Shown: positions 29,996-38,734 of the stretch, piece after piece | Layout of the letters: each line of letters opens with the position of its first letter | How positions within the stretch are numbered: the first letter of the stretch is position 1 | NCBI GenBank assembly: GCA_964421355.1 | Contig: CAYQWX010000001.1 | Coordinates: forward strand, 1 to 56,470 | Source: an uncultured Bacteroidales bacterium | GTDB lineage: Bacteria > Bacteroidota > Bacteroidia > Bacteroidales > JALTDM01 | Reading direction: 5' to 3' | Length of the DNA: 56,470 nt | Program-made: the position numbers and the translations under genes | The notes under the pieces: model-generated | Database searches by the model: none | Seen by the model: only the letters and a program-made list of their open reading frames with translations | What the model was told of the DNA's origin: nothing

Positions 29996-30564
29996 AATGT
30001 ATCTGTTTGTGTAGAATCTTCGTTTATATATACAGTTCCTCTAATTTTTTTTATAGTATAGTGTTCAAAGTATTGATCGGCTTCAAAACCTGTGCCGTAA
30101 ATTATTTCATCTTCCGTTTGGATCTTTATATTTTTATTGGAAAATATTTTTTCCTCTTTCATATTCCAAAATATTTCTTCTGCAAAAAGTTTTTCACCTT
30201 TTCTATTCTGAGCTATTACATTTCCATGAGCTTCCCAAATATTGTCTTTGGGTAAATATTTGGCATAATCGGCTTTTATATATGAATCTTCACTGGGATA
30301 CTCAGGATAAAAATGTTTGGCAATCACACCTTTGGGGAATACCGTATAATTTTTTTCTTTCGTTTGATATTGTATCATTAGGGGTGCTTTCAATTGAAAT
30401 ATTACATGTCCCGAATCACTATGAAATACATTTATATTTTCCGTAACATAAGGTGGTTGTTCGGAGTGAGCTGTCAATTTACGAACTTCTTCTATTTTAT
30501 TTTTACATGAAACTGAAATAATGCTTATGCCAATAATTAGAAATAATATTTTTTTTACCTTCAT
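29992..30564 (-). CDS. lptC: LPS export periplasmic protein LptC (Bacteroidota lipoprotein type)
   Basis: Lipobox SVSC, SDSG, FPKGV, I.ADYA, GEKL..EE..W and IYGTGFEADQ. Start at 30564 or 30591. Confidence 0.88.
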   Translation of the reverse strand: MKVKKILFLIIGISIISVSCKNKIEEVRKLTAHSEQPPYVTENINVFHSDSGHVIFQLKAPLMIQYQTKEKNYTVFPKGVIAKHFYPEYPSEDSYIKADYAKYLPKDNIWEAHGNVIAQNRKGEKLFAEEIFWNMKEEKIFSNKNIKIQTEDEIIYGTGFEADQYFEHYTIKKIRGTVYINEDSTQTDTL

Positions 30565-30571
30565 TGCTATA

Positions 30572-31990
30572 TTAATTTGATTGGTATTCATAAGCTCCTA
30601 AATCAGGATTGGAATCAATAGTTCTATTGTTGCCATCATAGTCTTCAGGTACCAATACTGCATAGTTGTAATCACCTTTGTTTATTGCAGGACTGGTTGA
30701 TAATAAATGGTAATCATAATCTTCTGTTGATGCAAAATTCGGTATTTGATTAAATATACACATATTGTTGAAATAAGTAGTATCTTCTGTAGAATATTGG
30801 GCAGAGCGTATAAGACAATTATTTAATTTTGCATCTATTGTACCACCATTTTCTACGGAAAAACCTATTTCATCTTCCATATCTCCATAAATTATACAAT
30901 TACCAAATTCGGTATTTGTTATATCTCCCACATACATTGTTCCATTAGCTATTAGGTTATTGCTTAATATTACCGATGGAGTACTTCTATGTCCGTAAGC
31001 CCAGTAATTATTTATAGTGCAATGATAAAATTTGTATGTGCCTCCTATAAGTAATGCCACTTCATAATAGCCACTATTGGCTAATATCGTATTTTTGGCA
31101 GTGATATGTCCGCCCATTGAAAATATAGCCGCGTAATTTGTATTAAATATTTTTACATTATTCAAAGCAACATCTGCATAATCATTATAATTTGGTGTTT
31201 CTCCCACTTGAACACCTATTATGGAATTTTTTATGTTGCAATATGTCATTACATTATTCTTACTACTTTGGAAAAATGCTATTCTATCCCATTGTCCAGG
31301 AATATCTTTATAAAAATCCTCCAACCGATCTCCTAAAAACCATATTGGTTCATCTTTGGTGCCTACTGCAACAAGTTTGCCTTTTACATATAAAGATGAT
31401 GAATGGTGAAAATATATTTTACAGCCAGGTTGTATATTTAATGTTACTCCCGAATCTACATACAGGTAATTGTAAATAAGGTATGGCTTGTCGTTTACAA
31501 AAGTAGTATCATTAGACAATTGATAAGTATTAAACAAATGTACATCTTGACCGTATGCAATAAGTTTTACATTAGGGCTATAATTATCCATAGAAAAGAT
31601 TATGGAGTCCGCTATTACCATTGGAGAATTTTGATTAGTAGGGTCAACCGTTACTTCTACAAATATAAATATGCTATCATTTGCAGGAATTTCTACATTT
31701 TTTGCTTCTTTTGCCGCAATACCATTTATATTCAATCTAAAATATGATTGTTCTCCTCCTGCCAAATACACTTTATTTATAATAAGATTATTAGGTGAGG
31801 TGTTTTTCACTATCAGATATTTAGTAGTAGATCCAATTGTAGTAAAAACTGTATCAAAACTTACGGTGTCTTCAGAGAAAGAAAGTTGTCCGCTTGTTGT
31901 CCAATTGTCATGTTGAGTACAACTTACGTTTAGTAATAAAGTTATAACAACTAAATAATATAAAATGTATTTTGTTGCTTTAATATTCAT
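30572..31990 (-). CDS. Lipoprotein with Ig-like and right-handed beta-helix (choice-of-anchor Q-like) domains
   Basis: Lipobox NVSC, LSFS.DTV.FDTVFTTIGS, PGQW and terminal DYHL..SPAINKG...PDLGAYE. Confidence 0.7.
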   Translation of the reverse strand: MNIKATKYILYYLVVITLLLNVSCTQHDNWTTSGQLSFSEDTVSFDTVFTTIGSTTKYLIVKNTSPNNLIINKVYLAGGEQSYFRLNINGIAAKEAKNVEIPANDSIFIFVEVTVDPTNQNSPMVIADSIIFSMDNYSPNVKLIAYGQDVHLFNTYQLSNDTTFVNDKPYLIYNYLYVDSGVTLNIQPGCKIYFHHSSSLYVKGKLVAVGTKDEPIWFLGDRLEDFYKDIPGQWDRIAFFQSSKNNVMTYCNIKNSIIGVQVGETPNYNDYADVALNNVKIFNTNYAAIFSMGGHITAKNTILANSGYYEVALLIGGTYKFYHCTINNYWAYGHRSTPSVILSNNLIANGTMYVGDITNTEFGNCIIYGDMEDEIGFSVENGGTIDAKLNNCLIRSAQYSTEDTTYFNNMCIFNQIPNFASTEDYDYHLLSTSPAINKGDYNYAVLVPEDYDGNNRTIDSNPDLGAYEYQSN

Positions 31991-32007
31991 TATTTTTTTA
32001 ATTTAAT

Positions 32008-32049
32008 AAAAAAGGGTGAGGCAAATAATTAAAGTAGCCACACCCCTTT
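32008..32049 (-). terminator. Intrinsic terminator
   Basis: Minus strand reads gggtgtggc-loop-gcctcaccc-tttttt. Confidence 0.6.
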
Positions 32050-32072
32050 AAAACTTATTTTATAATGTTTTA

Positions 32073-32894
32073 TTACATTTTTATAAAAGTCTCTGTGCAA
32101 TTATCCGTTTTATAATTTTTCCAGTATCTACCATAAGTTTCATCTGTAGATATATAGTCAGCATTAGCTTGATCACTCTTTTTATAAAGGTTTATATCAT
32201 ACTTTAAAAGTATTTTGTAATTAACAGTATCTACAAAATATGAAGATGTTGAAGTTTGATTTCTAATTACAAACAAAACCGTATCAGGAGTTGAACCTGT
32301 AGTGTCAATAAGTGGTACTTCTTGCATTGGTATATCTACAAATAATGTAGTGTCTCCATAAAATATGTCTCCATATACCACAAGTCCATTAATATTTGAT
32401 AACTTGGGGAATATTATTCTTTTATTTTTATGTTTATCATAATCTAATTTTACAAAAACATTATCGTAGATGTTATAATCGGAATTTATAAATTCATTAC
32501 TTGACCGTGTTGCTCTATACCAAGTAGTATATTTTTGTGCTTCATTGTAAACTATTACATCCAAAGTTTTTGAGGTTTGATTTCCAGCTTCGTCAGTTAA
32601 TGTGTAAGTTATAGAATATTTTCCTGTGGTACTTGGATAAATTGTGGTACCTGCAACTTCTCCTACAGGAATGTTGTATGTATATTTTAAGTTTTTTTGA
32701 ACTTCCTGTCCGTCAAAATTATCATCACAAGTAACCCCATTAGGAGGAAGTGGGATATTATAAGCTTTCCCTACTATTGCTGTGTCTGGGCTAGAAACTT
32801 TGAAGTATATTTGTGGTGGCACATTATCTTTCATTGTACAAGAACTTAACAACAATGCAAATGCTCCTGCCAATAGTAAAATTTTCCTTTTCAT
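32073..32894 (-). CDS. Lipoprotein with Ig-like (DUF5011/HYR-like) domain
   Basis: Lipobox LSSC, DNVPPQI, DDNFDG and G.YSITY..TDEAGN; TATCTTTG element at 32914-32921. Confidence 0.7.
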   Translation of the reverse strand: MKRKILLLAGAFALLLSSCTMKDNVPPQIYFKVSSPDTAIVGKAYNIPLPPNGVTCDDNFDGQEVQKNLKYTYNIPVGEVAGTTIYPSTTGKYSITYTLTDEAGNQTSKTLDVIVYNEAQKYTTWYRATRSSNEFINSDYNIYDNVFVKLDYDKHKNKRIIFPKLSNINGLVVYGDIFYGDTTLFVDIPMQEVPLIDTTGSTPDTVLFVIRNQTSTSSYFVDTVNYKILLKYDINLYKKSDQANADYISTDETYGRYWKNYKTDNCTETFIKM

Positions 32895-32982
32895 AATTGA
32901 AAATATTTTTTCACAAAGATAAATAAATTACTTAATAATAAAACCTTAATTGGTAAATAAAATTAAAGATGAAAATTTATTT

Positions 32983-33013
32983 TTTGCTAATTAAGAAAAA
33001 AGATATACTTTTG
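32983..33013 (+). promoter_or_regulatory. Complete Bacteroidota sigma-70 promoter (TTTG-N19-TACTTTTG)
   Basis: TTTG at 32983-32986 and TACTTTTG at 33006-33013 with a 19-bp spacer. Confidence 0.75.
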
Positions 33014-33032
33014 TAGCAAATTAAAAAATGTA

Positions 33033-33974
33033 ATGATTATGAAAAAAATGAGATTTTTAACATTGGTAATTGCCGTATTAGGCATGAGTTTCTTAATGAG
33101 TAGTTGTGGTGGTAACGACCAACATGCAGCACCAACCATTTCTATTAGTAAAACAAGTTGGGAACTAGATTTTTCTAATGACACAGCTGTTCAAGTATTG
33201 TTTACTGCAGATGTGAATGCAGAAGCTAAAGTAGAATCGTTTACTATTACAGAAAAGAAAATAGACCAAAACGGAGGAGAAACTTCTGCTGCTTATGATG
33301 CAAATACAACCTCATCATTCAAAGGAGAAACAAGTAAAAAATATACCTTTGACAAGACTTTCTATTTAAGTGATTTTGTAAACACAAGTACTTATAAATA
33401 CGTATTTGCTGTAACAGATAAAGACGGTCAATCTTATTCTGTAACAGTAACGATAACCAAAAAAGAAGAAGCACAATCTCCTAATGCTACTACTTATAGT
33501 GCAGTATTGATGGGAGCACAAAGCAATTCAACAGTAGGAAGTTTTTATGATGTAGAAGCTAATACAGTATATACTCTTAACGATGCAAATAACAACCAAT
33601 CTGTAATAGATTTTGTATATTATTATGGAAATACAAATGCTGCTACTATGGCTGCTCCTGATGATGAAACAGTAAACGGTAGTGGTCAAAATAGCTTTAC
33701 TTGGACACAAAACTGGAGCACCCAAAATGCTACACGTTTCTATGATTTAGGTAGTGTTGATTTTGATGCTATTCAAACAGTAGCTGATGTGGAAAATGCA
33801 ATAAGTAATGCTACAGGTTCTCCTGTTAGCAAAGTGACTCAATTAACAGCAGGTAGCATCGTTGGGTTTACTACTGCAGCAGGAACAAAGGGTGTATTTA
33901 AAGTAACAGATTTAACTGCAGCAAATGACGGAACTATTAAGATAGATGTAAAAATAAATGTAGCTCAAAACTAA
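33033..33974 (+). CDS. Uncharacterised surface lipoprotein
   Basis: Lipobox MSSC, Ig-like N-domain, C-domain with IDFVYYYG...APD and W..NATRF; monocistronic. Confidence 0.75.
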   Translation: MIMKKMRFLTLVIAVLGMSFLMSSCGGNDQHAAPTISISKTSWELDFSNDTAVQVLFTADVNAEAKVESFTITEKKIDQNGGETSAAYDANTTSSFKGETSKKYTFDKTFYLSDFVNTSTYKYVFAVTDKDGQSYSVTVTITKKEEAQSPNATTYSAVLMGAQSNSTVGSFYDVEANTVYTLNDANNNQSVIDFVYYYGNTNAATMAAPDDETVNGSGQNSFTWTQNWSTQNATRFYDLGSVDFDAIQTVADVENAISNATGSPVSKVTQLTAGSIVGFTTAAGTKGVFKVTDLTAANDGTIKIDVKINVAQN

Positions 33975-33995
33975 TAAGAAATAACAATCACTTGT

Positions 33996-34036
33996 AAAAG
34001 GGGGAGGCAAACGATGTCTTCCCCTTTTCTTTTTTT
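33996..34036 (+). terminator. Intrinsic terminator
   Basis: aaaagggggaggca-aacga-tgtcttccccttttcttttt. Confidence 0.85.
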
Positions 34037-34070
34037 GTAGCTTTGTGCAAGTTGATTTAAAAATATTTAT

Positions 34071-34982
34071 ATGACAATATACAAGGGACTAAATACCTTA
34101 TTAAATAATATTGATGCTGTTATTACTATAGGTTCGATGGACGGGGTACATTTGGGACACCAAAAAATATTAAGTCAAGTAAAAGAACTTGCAAGACTTA
34201 AAAATGCTATTCCTTTTTTAATAACATTCAATCCTCATCCAAGAAAAGTTATTCTCGGAACAGAAATAGAATTGATAACCACATATAAAGAAAAATATGA
34301 TATTATAAAAAAGTTTTTTCCGGAAGTTAATATTTTAGAACTACGATTTAATAAAGAACTTGCAAATTTAAGTCCTGAAAACTTCATCGCTTTTATTAAC
34401 GAAAAAATAAGAATTAAAGGATTGGTAGTGGGATATGACAATCATTTTGGAAAAGATAGAAAAGGGAACTATACCTTATTGCAAGAAATAGGCAACAAAT
34501 TAGGATTTGAACTAAAAAAAGTAGATGCTGTAAAAATAGAGGGAGAAAATATAAGCTCATCAAAAATAAGAACATGTATAAAATCTGGAGATGTAGAATG
34601 TGTAAATAAAATGTTGGGTTATGATTTTATAATAACAGGTAAAGTAATAACAGGTAAAGGATTAGGTAATAAATTAGGTTATCCCACAGCAAATATATCT
34701 ACACCTACCTATAAAATAAAATTAGCTCCTGGCGTATATTCTGCATATACATATATAGATAGCATAAAGAAAAAAGTAGCTTTGAGTGTAGGCAAAAATC
34801 CTACTGTGGAAAACAATAATAACATACATGTAGAAGCTCATATTATTAATTATATCGGGAACTTATACAACAAAACACTTCAAATAAACGTCTTAAAAAA
34901 AATAAGAGAAGAAAAAAAATTCAATTCCTTACAAGAGCTTGCATTGCAAATAAAAAAAGATATTGAAAAAATAAACATATAA
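34071..34982 (+). CDS. ribF: Bifunctional riboflavin kinase/FAD synthetase
   Basis: TIGSMDGVHLGH, GYDNHFG, ISSSKIR, GYPTAN and VEAH; TAGCTTTG element at 34038-34045. Confidence 0.95.
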   Translation: MTIYKGLNTLLNNIDAVITIGSMDGVHLGHQKILSQVKELARLKNAIPFLITFNPHPRKVILGTEIELITTYKEKYDIIKKFFPEVNILELRFNKELANLSPENFIAFINEKIRIKGLVVGYDNHFGKDRKGNYTLLQEIGNKLGFELKKVDAVKIEGENISSSKIRTCIKSGDVECVNKMLGYDFIITGKVITGKGLGNKLGYPTANISTPTYKIKLAPGVYSAYTYIDSIKKKVALSVGKNPTVENNNNIHVEAHIINYIGNLYNKTLQINVLKKIREEKKFNSLQELALQIKKDIEKINI

Positions 34983-35047
34983 ATCTGATAAAATTATCAG
35001 TAACGGTAGTATTTATTAGTAATTTTGTATGATAAAATAAATATGTT

Positions 35048-36064
35048 ATGAGAAGAATTCTTACTTTGATTTTGGTTGTGCTGTTTTACAATGCTTCTGC
35101 ACAAATTATATTGACACAATCCGATGCTCCAACAATTGGAGATACTATTTTTAATGTTGTTGATACTAATACTACAGGATTAACACCTGGACCAACAGGG
35201 GAAAATGTTGTTTGGGATTATAGCTCTTTAGGTAATTCATATATGGATACAACTTATTTTATTAATCCTGACATAGTTGATGTAAACAATGATTTTCCAA
35301 CAGCTAATATTGCAGCAGTAAAACAAGAAATTTATATGCTAAAAAAGGGAAGTGACGGGATTTTATTACAAGGTGTTATATTGGACACTTTAGTAATTAA
35401 AATGGATAATCCTTTATACTACATCAAATTTCCATTTACTTACGGGAATACTTTGTGTGATACTATGCATTTTATAGTTGTTGTGCCCTATGATACTACC
35501 GTAAACGGATTTCATGTAGATTCCGCAAAGGTGGAAATGACTACAACAATGCATGATACTGCAGTTGCTTATGGCACTGTAATTTTACCATCGGAAAATT
35601 TTGATAATGCTCTAATGATAAAGAGAGTCGCCGACAAACATAAAGTTACCTCTGCACACACAAGTTTTGGTTGGATAGAGGTTAAAGATACTAGTTATAC
35701 AGATGTTTCGTATGATACTTATATAAATGGTTATCCGGACGCAGTTTTAACTTTGTCTATGGCAGATGACGGATCAGTAAAAAAAGTTACATATAAATAT
35801 CATGAAGAAATTCTAAATGATAGTTATTTATCAACTACATATATTAAACTATATCCAAATCCTGCTAAAAATAATTTAAATGTAATAAGTAAAAATAAGG
35901 TAATAATTAACTTTTATAATAGCCAAGGGAGTTTGGTAAAAACGACATCTAAAAATAAAGGTATTTCTACAATAAATATTTCAGATTTAGAATCAGGACT
36001 ATATATATTGAATGTAATAAATGGAAAACATGAAAAAAATTTTAAAATAAGTATTAACAGGTAA
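35048..36064 (+). CDS. T9SS type-A sorting-domain protein
   Basis: Signal peptide, GPTGENVVWDYS, FP.AN, and CTD motifs YPNPA...L.SGLYIL. Confidence 0.85.
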   Translation: MRRILTLILVVLFYNASAQIILTQSDAPTIGDTIFNVVDTNTTGLTPGPTGENVVWDYSSLGNSYMDTTYFINPDIVDVNNDFPTANIAAVKQEIYMLKKGSDGILLQGVILDTLVIKMDNPLYYIKFPFTYGNTLCDTMHFIVVVPYDTTVNGFHVDSAKVEMTTTMHDTAVAYGTVILPSENFDNALMIKRVADKHKVTSAHTSFGWIEVKDTSYTDVSYDTYINGYPDAVLTLSMADDGSVKKVTYKYHEEILNDSYLSTTYIKLYPNPAKNNLNVISKNKVIINFYNSQGSLVKTTSKNKGISTINISDLESGLYILNVINGKHEKNFKISINR

Positions 36065-36148
36065 GGTAAATGTTTTTAAAAAAGATTTTTTGTAAAGCTT
36101 ATAATATTTAGAGGTAAATATTGAAAAACTGTGTTTTTAAGAGATAAT

Positions 36149-36670
36149 TTAATTATAAGTTTCAAAATTCTGGAATAAGGCATAGGGATTAGGTTTTTGA
36201 GTTGAATAAATAATTTTGGTTACAAAATACATGGTCAATGCTATTTCAAGTATTCCAAAAGCATAAGGACGAGCAAGTTGCGAATAATATACAAATGGTT
36301 GTGAAATAGAAAAAAAAGCAATTGAAGCAAGTGCTACAAGGTCCCCTGCCATTGTTTTTACTGCTTTATACATTACTATTATTGAAACAATCCCTGCTAT
36401 AATAAAAGGAAGTTTTAACAGGAAATCATTGTATTCTACCAATGGGGCATACAGATACAAAAATATTTGTGTAAGTGCAGGATGTCCGTCAGGTATTATC
36501 CCCTTTGCAAAAAGTTTTCGTATATTCGGATACATTATGCGGCTTAATGCACTTAATTCATCATTAGAAAGATGCATATTCCAAAGATTCCATAATCGCA
36601 AAATTGTAGCAATAATTATTATCAAATAAAAAATTATTGTATGTATAGTCACCCTTCTAAAACGAAACAT
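36149..36670 (-). pseudogene. Truncated glycosyltransferase family 39 (ArnT/PMT-like) gene
   Basis: LRLWNL..LSNDE, DGHP, LKLPF and YSQLARPYA are N-terminal GT39/PMT_2 motifs, but the ORF ends at 173 aa with only about 85 bp left before a convergent gene. Confidence 0.6.
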
Positions 36671-37349
36671 AGTATTTTACTTTTTGATATATGGAATCGG
36701 GTAATATTTGTTTTAGTGTTATTGTGTCTTTTATAGAACCATGTTTATCCTTATATTTAAAAACTTTTTTCACATTAGCATAATTCCAGTAAGGGTGATG
36801 CAATAGATTTTTAAAAGATACCGTATTAATATTTATTTTTTCTACTTTTCCTTTACAATATATATGTGGCAATAACCATTTGTATGCTTTGACAGACAAT
36901 CCATAGACTTCTTTTATTTGAGTAACAGAAATAAATCCGCCTAATCGGTTTCTGTATTTTATTATTCGTTTGGCAACTTTAGGGAATACTTTTATTTTTT
37001 CAAGTTCTTTTTCTGTTGCTGTGTTTATATTTATTTTTTTGATTTCATATTTGTTGTGATTTTGTTTTTTTGATTTGGTTATAAAGTATTTATAGTAGTT
37101 TTTATTGTTTTGGGTTATACTGTCTTGTTTATTTTCACTTTTAGTCTTTGTTACTTGTATTTGTTTTAATGAATCTATTTGTTGCTCAAAAGTTTTAACT
37201 TTTTTCTCATAACGAGCCCCCTGTTCAAAAGTATATTTTTTATTCTTATGCAATAAATAATATCTGTATCCCAACAACGATATAATTACTATTCCAAGTA
37301 TGGCTATACCTCGCAATTCAGATTTTGAAAATTTAATTTTATCTTTCAT
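36657..37349 (-). CDS. ComEA-like helix-hairpin-helix DNA-binding protein
   Basis: FSKSE.RG plus TM; ININTA..EL, RIIKYR.RLGGF..Q..EVYG; second HhH with HPY. Confidence 0.85.
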   Translation of the reverse strand: MKDKIKFSKSELRGIAILGIVIISLLGYRYYLLHKNKKYTFEQGARYEKKVKTFEQQIDSLKQIQVTKTKSENKQDSITQNNKNYYKYFITKSKKQNHNKYEIKKININTATEKELEKIKVFPKVAKRIIKYRNRLGGFISVTQIKEVYGLSVKAYKWLLPHIYCKGKVEKININTVSFKNLLHHPYWNYANVKKVFKYKDKHGSIKDTITLKQILPDSIYQKVKYYVSF

Positions 37350-37381
37350 TTTCAAAAATAAGTGTTTTTTACAAAGTAAAA

Positions 37382-38299
37382 TTATACAGAAAATATATCT
37401 CCGTCCCTTACTGCATGTACCTCTTTATTAAATTCTTTTTTTGCTTCGTTTATAAACGGTTGTATATGTTTGTATCGTGTTGAAAAATGTCCGAGTAGAA
37501 GTTTTTGAGCTTGTAATATTGTTGCTATTTTTCCTGCTTGCGATGCTGTAGAATGTTTTGTTTCTTGTGCCCGTTCTTTATGTGTATCCAAAAATGTTGC
37601 TTCGTGATACAATGTATTTATAGGAGTATCAAAATACTTTTTTACTGATGGCAAATATTCTGTATCCGTAATGAATACATATTTTCTTGGAGAAGGAGAA
37701 TCTTTTGTTATTTGTTCATTGGGAATTATTTGTCTATCCGAAGTTATATAATCTTCTCCATTTTTTATACGAGGACGCCATACAATAGGGATATTATATT
37801 GTTCTATTGCTTCTTTTATCAGCTTTCTAGGTTGCTTTTTTTCTTCAAAAGAAAATCCCCATGTGGGTATCCTATGTGATACAGGAAAAGAATATATTTT
37901 TAGAAACTTATTTTCGTATAATAAATCTTTGTTGTTGTCCTTTAATGGGTAAATATTTATTGCATATCCGAGTTTTGTGAAAATATAAGTATTTATTGCT
38001 TGTAAAAACGAGTTTAATTCGGGTGGTGCATATATATTTAAGTCTTTTTGTCTGCCAAGCAAATTCATTGTATTTAGCAATCCTGGTAGTCCGAATAAAT
38101 GATCTCCGTGCAAATGAGATATGAAAATATGATCTATGCGAAGTATGCGGACTGAATTTTGTCGCATTCTTATCTGTGTTCCTTCTCCACAGTCAATTAA
38201 AAAAAACCGCTCAGCATGGTTTATTATCTGAGCGGTTGTATTTCTTTCGGAAGTGGGCAAAGCCGAACTGCTTCCGAGTATGGTTATTTCAAATTTCAA
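37382..38299 (-). CDS. rnz: Ribonuclease Z
   Basis: LGSSSALP, DCGEGTQ, SHLHGDH, HEATF and HFSTRY; TTG start. Confidence 0.95.
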   Translation of the reverse strand: MKFEITILGSSSALPTSERNTTAQIINHAERFFLIDCGEGTQIRMRQNSVRILRIDHIFISHLHGDHLFGLPGLLNTMNLLGRQKDLNIYAPPELNSFLQAINTYIFTKLGYAINIYPLKDNNKDLLYENKFLKIYSFPVSHRIPTWGFSFEEKKQPRKLIKEAIEQYNIPIVWRPRIKNGEDYITSDRQIIPNEQITKDSPSPRKYVFITDTEYLPSVKKYFDTPINTLYHEATFLDTHKERAQETKHSTASQAGKIATILQAQKLLLGHFSTRYKHIQPFINEAKKEFNKEVHAVRDGDIFSV

Positions 38300-38302
38300 G
38301 GT

Positions 38303-38677
38303 TTATTCTTGTTCTTCGTTTTGTTTTTTTTCTATATGTTTTTTTACTAACTCTTCTGCTTTTGGCAGTGTGTAAACAATGTTTAATACATTGTCAAGTT
38401 GAGAAATAATTATCAACCTTTCTACTGCTTGTTGCAATCCTGTAAGAACAAGAATTCCTCCTGCATTTTTGCACAAACGGTTTGCTACCAAAATAGCACT
38501 TAGTCCAGACGAATCTATATACTTACATTGGCTAAAATCCAATATCATGTTTTTTTCGCCTTTGCTTGCTATGGTAACAAACTCAGCTTTTAGCTTTGGT
38601 GCTATTGAACTTGTAACCTTATCTGTTAAGATTGTTACAAGAGTATGATTATCTTTTTTTTCTATATTGAAATCCAT
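38303..38677 (-). CDS. STAS-domain anti-sigma factor antagonist
   Basis: YIDSSGLSA motif; TACCTTTG element at 38702-38709. Confidence 0.9.
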   Translation of the reverse strand: MDFNIEKKDNHTLVTILTDKVTSSIAPKLKAEFVTIASKGEKNMILDFSQCKYIDSSGLSAILVANRLCKNAGGILVLTGLQQAVERLIIISQLDNVLNIVYTLPKAEELVKKHIEKKQNEEQE

Positions 38678-38734
38678 AGTCTCTATTCCTTTACCTAATT
38701 ACAAAGGTAAAACATTTTTTTTAGACTAAAAAAA

